A stretch of DNA of 64,000 nucleotides, from the NCBI GenBank assembly GCA_044892505.1, contig CM097882.1, positions 394,568,001 to 394,632,000 on the forward strand. The letters are read 5' to 3'. Origin of the DNA: Schmidtea nova (taxonomy: Eukaryota). Each line of letters opens with the position of its first letter. Positions within the stretch are counted from its first letter, which is position 1. Of the stretch, positions 11,590 to 25,111 are shown piece after piece. The translations under genes and the position numbers were made by a program. The notes under the pieces were generated by a model. That model did not search any database, was not told the origin of the DNA, and saw only the letters and a program-made list of their open reading frames with translations.

Positions 11590-14500
11590 AATTAGAGTAG
11601 AATTATTCTAAATGAAGTAGAAGTTGATATGTTGTGGGATTCTGGTGCGTCAATTAGCGTAATAAGTGAAGATTATTGGAAACGTATTGGCTATCCGCCA
11701 TTGATAAGTAGCAAAATAGTTTTGAGTGGTGTATTTTCGAAAGAAAAAGAAATGCCATTAGGAAGTATAAAGGTTAATGCGAAATGGAACAAAAAGTCTA
11801 AAAATTTTGATATTGTTGTTGCGAAGAAGACATGTCCAGATTTTATAGGCGGTGTAGACACCATGAAGCAGTTCGGTCTAGAATTGAAAGAGGTAAATAA
11901 TATTGAAGCTTCGTTAACAAAATTAACATTCACAAATGAAGAGAGAAGAGATAAGGCTCTACAATATATTAAATGCGAGAATAATTCATCACTAGGTAAA
12001 ATTATTTCAGACTTTAGCGATATTTTCATGGCATCGCGATTCAATCTTGGCCATACACGTTTAATAGAACACGAAATAAAAACAACAGGACCGCCAATAT
12101 TACAGAATCCACGCAGACAACCAATGCAATTAGAAACGAAAATTGACGAATTAGTATCAAACTTATTGGAGGCAGGCGTTATTAGAAGATGCTAGAGTCC
12201 TTGGAATTCACCTTTAGTGATTGTTGGAAAGAAGGATGGTTCGATCCGCATGTGTTTGGATTTTCGATGATTGAATTCAGTAACGGAAAAATTTTCGTTT
12301 CCAATGCCCGATATGCAGTTATTACTGGATTGTTTAAGTAAATCAAAGATATTTACAGCAATTGATCTAGGACAAGCGTACTACCAAGTCGAATTGCAGA
12401 AGGATTCACAAAATAAGACATCGTTTAGTACTAAGGAAGGACAATTCTGTTTTAATCGTCTACCTTTTGGGTTATCGACGGCACCAGCAACTTTTCAAAG
12501 ATTAATGCATAAAATACTGGAAGGGGTTATTTTCAAAGGAGTTTTTGTTTATCTGGATGATATACTAGTTTACGCAGAAAATCAAATTGATCACGATAAA
12601 CTGTTGTTGGAGGTATTAACACTGATAAGAAACACAGGCTTGAGAATTAACCCGGAAAAGTGCTCGTTCAATAAGGCGGAAATCAACTTTATTGGCCATA
12701 CAGTCAGTGTTGAAGGTGTTCAGACAAATAAAAAAAAAGCGAAATTGAAAATGCAGCAGTATCAGAATGTGTATCACAACTCAGGGCGTTTTTAGGACTC
12801 ACAAACTATTACCGTCGATTTATAAAAAATTATGCAAAGATTGCAGCACCGTTATATGCAGCAACATCAGGTGGTGAAAAGAAAGTTATATGGTCAGAAG
12901 AATGTAACATTAGTTTTAATAACTTAAAGAAAGCGTTATGTGAAGCACCGATTTTAGAATTTCCGAGATCAGATCGAAAGTTTATCATTGATACAGAAGC
13001 AAGTTTCGGAGCTGTAGGAGCAGTATTAAGCCAGATTAATGAAGAAGGCAGAGAAGTCGTCATAGCATGCGCATCAATACATCTGACGACTCACGAAATG
13101 GGTTATTGTGTAACAAGAAAAGAATTATTAGCACTCTATGAGTTCATTGTATATTTCAAACAGCATTTATATGGTAAAGAATTCGTCGCAAGAACCGATC
13201 ACAAAGCTTTAACGTTCATGAAGGACACAAAGAAGCCAATTAGCCCTCAATTTCAAACTTGGATGGCTAATTTGTCGGAGTATAATTTCGAGTTACAGTA
13301 CAGAAAAGGAGAAGATCATGGAAATGCTGATGGCTTATCTAGAATAAAAAATAACTTGTGCAGTCAATGCCAAACGAAACATAATGACGCAAAAGAAAAA
13401 AAATCGAAGATAAGATACATAAATAGTTTACAAGAAAATCCAAATATTCTAGAAATTATCAGAGTTAAGCAAATGGAAGACGCAAATTTAAGAGAACTTA
13501 TAAAATATTTGAAAGATGAGATTGTCAGGTTCCAAACTTTGTGGAACAAAGTTATTGTTTCAAACATATTAAGGAACTGCAGATAAACGAAGGGTTGTTA
13601 TCAATTGAAATAGCTAACAAAATAGTTGTTATAGTTCCAGAGAATTACGCGGAAACATTGGTTAATTTTATGCATAAGGAATTATGTCATTTAGGTAGCA
13701 AGAAAACTGGAAGTTATATGCAAGATTTTTTTATTGGCCTAATATGAATCAGGATATCAAAGAGATTATCAATAAATGCAAAATTTGTGCCAAGAGGAAA
13801 ATAAAACAAGGAAGAACAAAGAAGATTTTATTACCAAGAACAGGGGAACGATTCCTTCAGCAGATCGTTGTTGACATTGCGCATATGGAAAAGACGAAAG
13901 GGAATAAGAAATATGTGATTGTAATTATAGATAGATTTAGTAAACTTGTGAGTTTAATGGCAACTTCAAAACAAGACGAAAACACAATCGTTAATGTAAT
14001 TTTGAATAACTGGATATACTGATATGAAAAGCCAGAAAGCATACTGACAGATATAGGTCGGGTTTTTGAAGGAACAATAATTCGAGAATGGATGAACAAG
14101 TTTGGAATAAAGCAAGAGTTTAGTTCACCTTACCAACATCAATCTAATGGTTTGGCAGAACGTACGATAAGAACAGTTAGAGATATGATGAGTACATCTT
14201 TGAAAAGAGAACGTAATGAGAATAACTGGGCCGAGATATTACCGAGAATTGAATTTGTCTCAATGCGACGAAACAAAGTACAACAAATTTCTCATCTTTT
14301 GAAATAGTCTACGGTAGGAAAATTAATTTGTTTTCTAGTCCAGATTATGTACAGCAAATGAAAGATGAGGTACTTCATACGACAAAATAAAATTTAGATA
14401 AAGCCGCTACTTCTATGCAAGAAAGAGACATAAACAAACGAGGAACAAGGCTCTTCAAGGTGGGAGAGAGAGTATTAGTAAGAATTGAGCCAAACAAACG

Positions 14501-14640
14501 GAAGAAAAATGGCGAACATACGAAGGACCTTTTGAAATTTTAAAATTCTTGTCACCAAGACAAGTAGCACTACAATTCCAAAACTCAGTAAAGACGAGAC
14601 GAATCGAATGGTTGAAGAGATGGAAATCAAATTAAAGAGG
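11590..14640 (+). pseudogene. gypsy pol (protease, RT, RNase H, integrase) with several stops and frameshifts
   Basis: Contains LWDSGASISVI, LPFGL..APATFQR, YLDD, TRKELLA, RTDHKAL, H-H-C-C, VDIAH and HQSNGLAERTIRT. Confidence 0.93.
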
Positions 14641-14758
14641 GGAAAGTTATGAAATGTGTCAATATTAAAATAATAATATTGTTTTAATATTAACAAGTAA
14701 AAAGGTTGAGCGTTGTTTTTAAATATAATTTCCATTATGAGTGAACATACTTTTACTC

Positions 14759-15363
14759 TCATTATTGTGGAAGAATCACCTTTATCCCTGCATATTTTTG
14801 AGTCAAAGCATTAGTCCAGTAAATGAAAATTCCATGGAAAAACGAGTTCCAGGAAGATTAGATCTGAACATGTCATCAAAGATTATTGATGTTGACAATT
14901 GTGTTGGTGTTATACGTTAAAATATTTCATTAATATATTTTGTTCTAGGCTGTAGCTAGGGTACACATCAACCCAAATAAATAACTTCTGATTGTATGCC
15001 CTTGTAGGTAGCCATCCAGCACGTTGGTACTACATACATCAGTCTAATGTAAGTTGCAGGTGAGCGCCTACTTAGCATTACTCACAACTTACCATTCTTG
15101 GCGGGTTCCTATGACCAATATAAGGTCGTTATAATCCCCCTTATTTAAATCTCTCTTTCTGGGTGTATTCCTTTATTATTAGGAAAACTAAGTGCTGATC
15201 TTCAGTCTGAGAATAAAATGTAAGCAAAAATTTAACAACGTTGAACCTTATGAATTTGAAGAACATGAAAACACAATTTATAATACTATACATACATTTA
15301 TTTGCCTAAGGCCTGCTAACATATACAATACAAATTGTCAGTGAATCTTGCAAGAGGGAACGT
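14759..15363 (+). repeat. Right copy of the ~604-bp direct duplication
   Basis: Matches 9626-10229. Confidence 0.92.
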
Positions 15364-15389
15364 AATGTTCTAGCATCACACATTGTCCG

Positions 15390-15814
15390 ATTATGGGATT
15401 TGTTCTCGCTTTTTCTTTAGCCTACGGCGTTTTCGTGCGCTCACTTGTTTGTGTTTGACTTCCTTTAACCTCATTGTATTAGACGTATCTGATTTCGAAA
15501 TTTCTGTGTTGACTGGAGTTTATGAATTTATAGTTATCAGGCGTATTTGATTTTGGAGGTGCTCTCTTGATTTATTACTTTATTGGCTCTCTTGATTTAT
15601 TACCCTTTGGCAATGCTTCATTTTCTAATTCTAAATCACGGAGTGTTTGTTTTGCGTGCATAAGGTTATCAGTTGCTTTCTTCATCGCCTGAGGTGTAAA
15701 ATAGCGGCTTTCCAATTCAAGTATTCGTTGCTTGAGACGACCCACAATCTCTTCTGTCGCTATGGTAACCGGCTGATTATTCTGTCGACTGATGATTGCT
15801 TTATTTTCTGCCAT
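15390..15814 (-). pseudogene. Small coiled-coil plus basic-tail ORF (frameshifted) downstream of a CCAAT/TATA promoter
   Basis: Reads MAENKAIISRQ..RLKQRILELE.., with ARKRRRLKK in a shifted frame. A short tandem duplication lies near the break. Confidence 0.45.
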
Positions 15815-15980
15815 TTTAAATATTGAAAGCTTTATTGTTGAATACACGCACAAACTTAAGTTAACAACGATCTTCTGATGAAATCAAATTGAAATTTAAC
15901 TACGAATCGAGTAAACAGATGACGTTTAGTTAGTCAAATAATTTACTAAACGTAAAATCCTAAAAAAATTAAGGCTGCTT

Positions 15981-16015
15981 TTTATATACTATTTTGATCA
16001 ACCAAACCAGCCAAT
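15981..16015 (-). promoter_or_regulatory. CCAAT plus TATA promoter upstream of the small ORF
   Basis: Minus strand reads CTGATTGG, ~23 nt, TATATAAAAGCAGC. Confidence 0.55.
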
Positions 16016-16609
16016 CAGGTAATTACTCCTACGTAATTGGTTAACTTAATTTAAATTCTTTGTTCAATCAAATACTAACTTTCCTTAATAATTATTTACC
16101 TGTTACTTTATTTTTTCTAATTTAATTTAAATTATTTTCTTAACATTTATTTACTTTACATTTATTCTCGTCTTTCGGGGTATCTGTCAATTATTGGTTT
16201 ATTTCATAATTCGTTGTGCTCTTACTGTTTCTATTTTTCTATTTTTCCTTTTCTTTTCCTGTTTCTTCAACATGATTTATTTTTTATTTTCTTTATAATT
16301 TTTAATTATCTTTTAATTTCTCGTATTATTTCTTTGACTTTTATGATTGTCTCAACCCAACAATTGTCTTGATATCAAAATGGTATAATGTTCAGATTTC
16401 GCTAAAAAATGTCTGTGAATAATTTGCACCTACCACAGCAACCTTGTAGACAAATCATATGAAGACGTAATTACATGGTCTACCTCTATAGTTCTTCAAA
16501 GACTTCTTCCAAGACTTCTTCCATGATCCACAAAATTTAAAAACAATGGCAATGATTGAGTAAAATTGATTTGATGGGTTTATGGGTGGTTTTTGAAATT
16601 TTAATTAGG

Positions 16610-16860
16610 TGTGCTAGGGATCCCTCACCCATAGCCTCACATAAAAAGTCTATCACACTCGCATGCCCCTAACTATTCCCTAACTAGCTAGGTTGGAACT
16701 GCATATGGGGGTGAGCTTCGTTACCGAAACTACTCTCCATTTATTTTCCTTAACTGGTTCACGCTGCCGATGGAAGTTCTTACGCTATCTCTCTCTATGT
16801 TCGGTCCTATCAACAGTTAATTAGACAATTTCACTTTTGTCTCATACTCTTACTAAATTC
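16610..16860. repeat. Divergent copy of the recurring ~250-bp terminus
   Basis: Reads TGTGCTAGGG..CTCACCC..CATAAAAAG..CCCTAA..GTTGG..GGTGAGC. Confidence 0.5.
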
Positions 16861-18548
16861 CTAACCTTGGGTGTCAACAACTGCTTTGACCGCTCCAGTA
16901 TTTAATAATTTAAAGTTTATTACGACACGAGAAATGATTCAACATGCAGTGTTTTAACTAATAAATTTATTTACATTAAATCGACATAATTTCAATTAAA
17001 AGTTCTATGTATTGGATTAATATAACGTGATTTTAATGAGTTAGGTGCTTAATTTATATGACGCTATAAATGTGACGCTGCTAAAATGCTCTATGTGCAA
17101 CTCCTCGAATCTCTCTGTCTACTCTACCAGTCCAAACTTGTTAAAATAAACATATTCAAATTCACTCACCATGGCGTAGAACTACTGAGCTCCACGGCCA
17201 CGGATTCCACCCTCATAGCATTTAGTTTTTAATGAAGTGCTTTAAACAATGATTATAAAATCATTAAAACACATTACAGTAAAATCATATTATTATAACA
17301 AATTCATATAAACAATATCGTAAAATTTATAGCAACAATTCCGAAACTGATATTTCAAATATTAATGAGTAATTATAAAAAACTTTCAATTACTCATTAT
17401 ATAAATAAATAAATAATAAAAATAAACATGATCAAAGCTGTCTGGTGGAATCTTCTCCGGAATCACTCAAATTTTTGGTTTCAGAATAAATGTTGTTCTA
17501 CGAGATTTGAAATTATGATATTTCAAAGCCTATATATACTATTTTTGATATCGGTGTGTCCACTACTGATGCGGGTTTGCTATGCAAATGCCAGCAAAAA
17601 ACTGTAGGTGTATTCGGCGGCTTTATATCGTTTCACCTACCCCAACACCAGTCGCTCGGACAATACTTGTACGCTCGTATGTTGACTCTTTCGAGACTGC
17701 ATGCACATATTTTCCAAAATACTTTTTGGTTGCTTTTTTTTAGAAACACTTTAAATTATTTTTCATTAACTACATAAGACAATTCACAGTATTTATTTTT
17801 AATATTCACCACAAATGTCTTTCATCTCTGCTGCGAAGGCAACCGACGCGTCGCGTAAATCAATACAATGCATACAAGTGCAGCTATGCGCAAAACACTT
17901 GCTAGGTTAACTAGTTTTATTGATTTAATTAAAATTTATCTAATAGATTTATCTTTGTAACTGTCTGTTTTCATCTTCTAAATATTTTTTATTAAATTTT
18001 GAATGTTGATTAATTTATTTAGTTTTCTAATTTGCCTCACATTTAATCAAATTCATTTATGATTCCACCAGCCCAACAGATTTATTCTCTTATATAACCC
18101 TCCCTAAAGTTCCGATCATGTGTCCAGCTGCTTTTATTTATTAAGACATATGAAGAAAAATTTGCTATGGGAAATTCACCAACAGGATGTAGAACTTTTC
18201 TAGAAATATCAAAGACCAACTTTCTTCAAAAATGTTTTTTGGGACTTTTTGCATCGCTGAAGGAATCGTGTGGATCACAATTGCTCTTATATTGAGAGAT
18301 AACACGTACATATCTTTATTATTCTTATATATTAATATACCGTTCATGTTGATTTCTTTTAGAATCTAGCCCGTTTGCTTATTGGACGCACCACGTATAT
18401 TTAGAGAATAATAAACATCGCCAATATGTCAACAAAATAATCGTCGAATTCATCAACAATCAGCTCATCGAATCATTGACATAGTTGAATTGTGTGTACT
18501 TTCATTGGGATTAGTATGTTGAATTAATAAATGTATATTTCTGTTGTT

Positions 18549-18612
18549 TCTTCTTCTTCTTCTTCTTCTTCTTTTTCTTCTTCTTTTTCTTCTTCTTCTT
18601 CTTATTATTATT
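18549..18612. repeat. (TTC)n then (TTA)n microsatellite
   Basis: Directly visible. Confidence 0.95.
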
Positions 18613-21600
18613 AAATGCAATTCATCTAATTTTTAAAGATACTGTATAAGCGACAATTAAAGATGATAAAATTTTTAATAAATATGTAAATAATAATAAA
18701 AAAAAGTTAAATTAAAATTAAATAATAAACAATGAAAAAATTAATTAATAAAAAATACAAAATAAATAATAAAAAGATTATTTTAAAATGAAACACTTTA
18801 ATAAACATGACAAATATTTAGTTATTGAAAAACGCCACTCAACTTACGTACTACATGATCGGCGGTTCCCAAACACTTTTTATCTCGTGAATCACTTGCC
18901 ATGTTTTTTCGGTTTTGGGTAGAGCCCCTGCTTACCTGATATTGATTTGTTGCAAATTCATCAATTTCAAATGTATTTTTGATCGCTGGTATAATGCTAC
19001 TCACTTAGAAATATTTAAAATTCTAACTGTAGTGAAGTATAGTCTGAAAAACTTAAAAAACACATAGTAAGTTCTATACATTTATTATTTAAATTTAAAT
19101 TAAAACGAACCAAATTAAAATTTACTATCTGTTACATAAGATAATTAAACAAAAAATAAACTTTAGATGTTGCATGTGTGTGTGTTGTATTAATCGAATT
19201 GAATGATAAAAATAGTTTTGAAAAATATTTTTAGAATGACTGATTGTTTTTAAACCAGTAATAAAAGATAAAGCTTTGTGATACCCAGTACAAAACCCCA
19301 ATAGCAGACTAGTTTCGAGCTTTTGGCTCTTATCAATGCTATGAAGAAGACGCAAAAATTGCACTGTATATCATAAAGCTTTACCTTTTATTACTTGTTT
19401 AAAATATAGTTTTGTTAAAATTAAATAAATAATTTTTAAAATTTTTAAAAATTAAATTATTAATAAAATTTTTTTAAATCCTTTTAAAAAATAACTTTTA
19501 AATTGATTTTTTATAAATTAAAAATTATACGTTTATTAAAATAATATTTAAATTTTAAAATTTATTATATATTATAGTTTATTTCAATAAATCGAATAAA
19601 AATAGTTTTTCTTGGATGTCTATTGCCTGAATATGACAGGGAGTCTGTCAAAATATATAGTACAGTGGCTTTTTCATTTATTTAAAATAAAAGTTAGTAA
19701 ATATAAGTAATTAAAATGATTTATTCAAAGTAAAAGTTATTAATAAAAAGATATATTAGTTACCGTTAATTAATAAGTAGTAAGAGGATGGGTAGCCTAT
19801 TATTATTGTCATTTTATTCTGATTTTCTGATTTTCATAATTTTCTATATTTTATCAAACTTTATTTGAAATGAATTTACCACTTGTAAATTTCTCCATTA
19901 CAAATTGGTAATTACATCTAATTAACTGACGATATATAGTAATGTGTCATGAGGCAGAATAAGCTCCCTTATTGAGAAAATAAATTTTTCCACGTCACTT
20001 TTGATAAGATTATCAAATGTAACTAAAATTCATTTTCAACATTCTTAATTGATGCCAACAGCCACGTCTCTTCGGAATTGCGTTCGTTTCAATAGTGCTC
20101 AATATCATCTCAAGATTAACTGGACATCTCGATAAATATGACCAACTGGATCCAAATCACGAACGATAATTCCCGAACATGTGATTCAATGGCAGCAAAC
20201 TAAGCCGATTCTCGGAGTCTTCATTCCACATCATTTCATGCCGATAAGTTCTGAGTTAGCCTTATCATTTAAATCATTCGTGAAATGCACCATCAAAACA
20301 ACTTTCAAAAGCTTCCTGGACTACTAATAAATTTAGCTGGAGCATCAATTGAAATAATTAAAANNNNNNNNNNNNNNNNNNNNNNNNNNNNNNNNNNNNN
20401 NNNNNNNNNNNNNNNNNNNNNNNNNNNNNNNNNNNNNNNNNNNNNNNNNNNNNNNNNNNNNNNNNNNNNNNNNNNNNNNNNNNNNNNNNNNNNNNNNNNN
20501 NNNNNNNNNNNNNNNNNNNNNNNNNNNNNNNNNNNNNNNNNNNNNNNNNNNNNNNNNNNNNNNNNNNNNNNNNNNNNNNNNNNNNNNNNNNNNNNNNNNN
20601 NNNNNNNNNNNNNNNNNNNNNNNNNNNNNNNNNNNNNNNNNNNNNNNNNNNNNNNNNNNNNNNNNNNNNNNNNNNNNNNNNNNNNNNNNNNNNNNNNNNN
20701 NNNNNNNNNNNNNNNNNNNNNNNNNNNNNNNNNNNNNNNNCATTTCCTAAAAACGCGCCAAAATGTACACCATGTAATTGATTCACATTTAATAATCAAA
20801 GTTGCTGATTAAAATTTCATAATTGAATCATGTTCTACCAATCTTACCATTGACGATAACAAAAGAAATTTTGGATATCATTGTTGGGCTACACAATTGG
20901 GAACTTGTTCCTTGAATAAGTTATGCCTTTCTCCTAGACTCAACTGTTCATTTATAATGAAACATTGTGACCAATAATTTTATTTTTCAACTAAAAATTT
21001 AACATCTATTTTTCATTGTGTATAAATTGGTTTTTCATTTATTTTTTTATTTAAATTGGACTCAAAAATGGCTTTAAAAATCAAATTTTTCAAAAATAAT
21101 TAAATGCCCGATTCAATTATTAATAATTACATAATACTGTTGACAAATTTTGCTAATAAATTTCCCCCGATTAGAAAGCTAGTCAGCGATGGCAGGACAC
21201 GAATCCAATTTACAAGGGAAATTATGGAAAATACGATAATATATATTATGTATATATTTGAAACTTTTCATAATACTATTTGACTTGAGAGACTCTTCAA
21301 AGCGATTATGTATCGCCAATGATGTCGTATAATAACGTACATCTTGACCAGTGATACTAATTTGAAATATCTTGCCACCGACCTTAGGAGTCTTCAATTA
21401 TTTCAATGAACACTCTACCTATATGAGAATATTCATCCCCGCTGGCCCTATGTTTTAATTATATTTGGCCTACACTAATTGAGTTTTTTGTAAAGATAGA
21501 TATTATCAATGAGAATTTGTCAAANNNNNNNNNNNNNNNNNNNNNNNNNNNNNNNNNNNNNNNNNNNNNNNNNNNNNNNNNNNNNNNNNNNNNNNNNNNN

Positions 21601-21945
21601 NNNNNNNNNNNNNNNNNNNNNNNNNNNNNNNNNNNNNNNNNNNNNNNNNNNNNNNNNNNNNNNNNNNNNNNNNNNNNNNNNNNNNNNNNNNNNNNNNNNN
21701 NNNNNNNNNNNNNNNNNNNNNNNNNNNNNNNNNNNNNNNNNNNNNNNNNNNNNNNNNNNNNNNNNNNNNNNNNNNNNNNNNNNNNNNNNNNNNNNNNNNN
21801 NNNNNNNNNNNNNNNNNNNNNNNNNNNNNNNNNNNNNNNNNNNNNNNNNNNNNNNNNNNNNNNNATTATGATTTTTATTATTATAATTATTTATTATTGT
21901 TTTTATTATTATTTACAAATGATTTAAAAATAAAATGTCTATATT

Positions 21946-24620
21946 GGTACTAGGATCAAATGTCACCGGAAAAAAATGTCGCGAACAGAATGTCGTGGTC
22001 AAAATGTCATGGTATAAATGTTGTGGATAAAATGAGCTGATAAATTCACCCTGTTTAGAAATATTTATAGATTCATACATACGATATTTATTTACGGTAT
22101 TTATCTGAATATCTATATATATTAGCTATACCTTAGGGATATCTTATGGAGGGGAGGGAAGCGAAGCAGATTGATGGAGAATGGGGCTTGTTCGCGGAGT
22201 TTGGTCCAAGTTCTGCGTTATTTTTCTAAAAATCTATTATGAATGTCAACGAAACCAATGATACACTATTCCTCAAGATTATAATTACTAGAGCACAGGA
22301 GAAGAAGCCAATAATCATTCAGGCATGACGCACCCGATAACTGATTTTTCTTCTAGCAATAAACAAATTAACTATAGAGCACAGATGAAGCCAACAATCA
22401 AGCACGCTCCCAAGAAATTGTTTTCCTTCAATCTATAAACAAATTAACTAAAGCAGAGAAGAAAGTAAATAAAATAGAGCACAGATGAAGCCAGCAATCA
22501 TTCAAGCATGCACCCAAGGAAAAGGGTTCTTTCGATTCATGAGAAATTTAATTTGAGCGTAGATGAAGAAGCCAACAATCATCCAGGACAAGAAGAAATA
22601 ATTACGGCATAATTCAGCCAACAAATAAGTCAGGCACACAATTTATTAAAAAAGGCTTACACAATTTATTAGTTTATCTTCCACTTTTTTGGTTTACTAT
22701 TTAAACTGTTTGTTTAAGCGTAACATAAGATTTGTGATTTATTTATTTAAATATTTAAATGATGTATTAGTTGAACAGATAAATATACACTTTATCATTT
22801 TATTCAATTATTTTGAAATTAAAATTTAATAACAGATCTTTAATTTTCAGTTTGAGATTATATTTATAAACTAATTTTAAGCGACCATCATGTTAGAATT
22901 TGTAACTTCCCAAAAGGGAAATAGAAAGCTAATAGTGTTAGGATATTTGTTTACAAAGAACTCTGAAAGCACTGATGGCAAGGAATACTGGCGTTGCGAG
23001 ATAAGAACATATAAGGCCCGTGTTCATACCAGAAGCTATTTCATGCTCCTTGAAATTGGTGTTCACGACCATACTGTATTTCATGGTCGAGTTACTGTTG
23101 AAGTAACATGCAGAAACATGAAACGAAGAGCTTAAACAACTGAGGAAGCAACACGGTCGATTGTGCATAATGAGCTGCTCAACATTCCGGATACAGCAGG
23201 TCATATTCTTCCTAGCAGAGCGACACTGTCACGAGATGTCTTCATCTTCAGAAGGCTGGTTCAAATGATCTTGAGGATAAAGCAGTGTATTTTCAGACGC
23301 AAAGTGGTAAACCTTATCTTCGAATTGAAACAGACGAAATGCTAATCTTTGCGGCGGATGATGATGTCAATTTCCTCTACAGTTGTGATCATTGATTTGC
23401 CGACGGAACATTCAGAGTGACTCCACCTGGATTTGATCAGCTCTATATTATTCATAGTTTCATCAGCGGTGAAGTTTTTTCCAGCAGTTTACGCTTTGTT
23501 ATCTGCGAGAACTGAAGATATTTATCAACGTTTCCTGCAAGAAATCCTGACATTGAAACCCGATCTCAATCCAGTCTCGCTTGTCGTTGATTTTGAGCTG
23601 GCTGCAATTCGAGCTTTTCACCACACATTTCAAGCAGCAACCGTTACTGGTTGCATGTTTCATTTTGGTCAATGTATCTGTAGAAAGTGCGAGATATCAA
23701 GATGAACCCAATTTTGCACTTCGTGTTAAATGTCTTGTCGCACTAGCATTTGTTCCAATCCCAGAAGTTATTCAAGCTCCATACCATATGTGACTACATG
23801 GAGGATAACTTCATCGAAGAGAAAGGAGGGAAATCACAGGACAACCAAGATTCCCATTAGAACTCTGGAACCAATATTTAAGAGTCACTCAAAACTTGAC
23901 ACGCACCAACAACAATGTAGAAGGGTGGCACAATGCTTTCAACGATGTTGTTGGCTTTGCTCACCCAACATCAAAAAAACTGGCTTGCAAACTTCAACAG
24001 GAACAACACAGCACTTAACTCCTCCGTCGGCAATTGGAATTAGGTGTTCCAGCAGGAAAGAAGAAGAAAATGTACATCCGCATCAACGAGGCACTACACA
24101 CTATGGTCTCGGACTACGTCAATCGAGATCCGGTTACATATCTGGGTGATATTGCGCGTGTACTTAATATAAACGTGTAACGTTTCGTGATATTTTTGAC
24201 TAAAGATAATTAACGTATTATTTAAAAATAATTTTTTTGTTTAAAGCAATCAAGTATTCTATTAATGTGAATCATTTAGTACATTCATTTTTTCTTTTAT
24301 AAATATTGTTGTGTCTCATTTCAATGTGAGGCTCAAATATAACAGAACTATAATATTTAATTTAATGTCCTAAATTAAATGATATATTCTTGAATATTAA
24401 GGCAGAGACTGAGATAAATTTTACCACTGCTCAAAAGGAAAGGAAAGTGACACCTCTTACCTCTATGTGAGTGTTCCCATGTCACTGCAATGGATTTGTC
24501 GACGACAATTTGTCCACCACATTTTGTCCGCGACATTTGTCCAGTAACATTTTGTCAAATTAACATTTTGTCCACGACATTTTGTCCAATTAACATTCTG
24601 CCCACGAAATTTTGTCTGGC
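21946..24620 (+). mobile_element. MULE/Mutator transposon with FLYWCH-type transposase (decayed, 22890-24180)
   Basis: Reads FVTSQKGNRKLIVLGYLF..YWRC..ARVHT..HDH, DGTFRV.P..F.QLY, FP.VYALL, VVDFELA and GCMFHFGQC. Inverted arrays of AAAATGTC/GACATTTT lie at both ends. Confidence 0.88.
22289..22600 (+). repeat. Four degenerate ~80-100-bp repeats (AGAGCACAGATGAAGCCAACAATCA) in the MULE 5' region
   Basis: Copies at ~22289, 22375, 22476 and 22553. Confidence 0.75.
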
Positions 24621-25073
24621 CATAAGCACTGGTTCTGCATCACTATTATTTTAAAATATTTTTGAACATGTATTATCTTTTAATGGCGATTGAATCAACT
24701 CGAAAACTTTCATGCAAATTTGTAGAAATTGGAAAAAGTTTTATCCAGATTTTTTAGTTTGCTCTTGGCATAGATTTTCAATTGTACTGATGATTTGATA
24801 GAATAATTCACCAGGAAGATTCCTCCTTTTGACTCTTGTAAAAATGAATCTTTGAGGTCATTTTTATAATCATCTTATTGAAAATTGTTTTAAAATCTCT
24901 AACGATGTATTATTATTTTTACTAAATCTTTCATTAAAATACTATCACTGATGAATACGGATGTTCAAGTTGAAACTAGCCTACAAGGTTTTTGGCAGTA
25001 TTTTTGAGATTTTTAATGTTCACCCTTTATGAAAGTGCTTTCTTTAAAGTGTATTCTTTATACAAGACTTTTC

Positions 25074-25111
<38 letters not shown>

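Larger units (their letters stand above)
10228..14757 (+). mobile_element. Full-length but inactivated Ty3/gypsy LTR retrotransposon with ~112-bp LTRs
   Basis: LTRs at 10228-10339 and 14645-14757 differ at 4 positions. PBS-like TGGCGACCAC at 10339 and PPT AAAGAGGGGAA before the 3' LTR. Domain order is gag-PR-RT-RH-IN. Confidence 0.95.

Noticed and set aside
17150-17900. Possible TE coding relics (EGGIRG at ~17200; RATGVGV or CPSDWCW at ~17650)
   Set aside because: The motifs conflict between frames and are too short to assign a family.
20150-20260. Minus-strand SLLPLNHMFG resembling an acyl-CoA/AMP-ligase motif
   Set aside because: The frame is short and bounded by stops, and I could build no supporting motifs or exon chain.
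18000-21450. Scattered exon-like islands that could be a second host gene on the minus strand
   Set aside because: No recognisable protein or consistent splice phase, and the region is broken by two gaps.
20285-21927. ORFs spanning N-runs (also at 48498-49587, 58150-58731 and 63492-63824)
   Set aside because: They are open only because of the gaps.
15860-22600. CTGATGA-like strings (15874, and CAGATGAAG in the MULE repeats) as hammerhead ribozyme cores
   Set aside because: The required stems and a correctly placed GAAA could not be formed.
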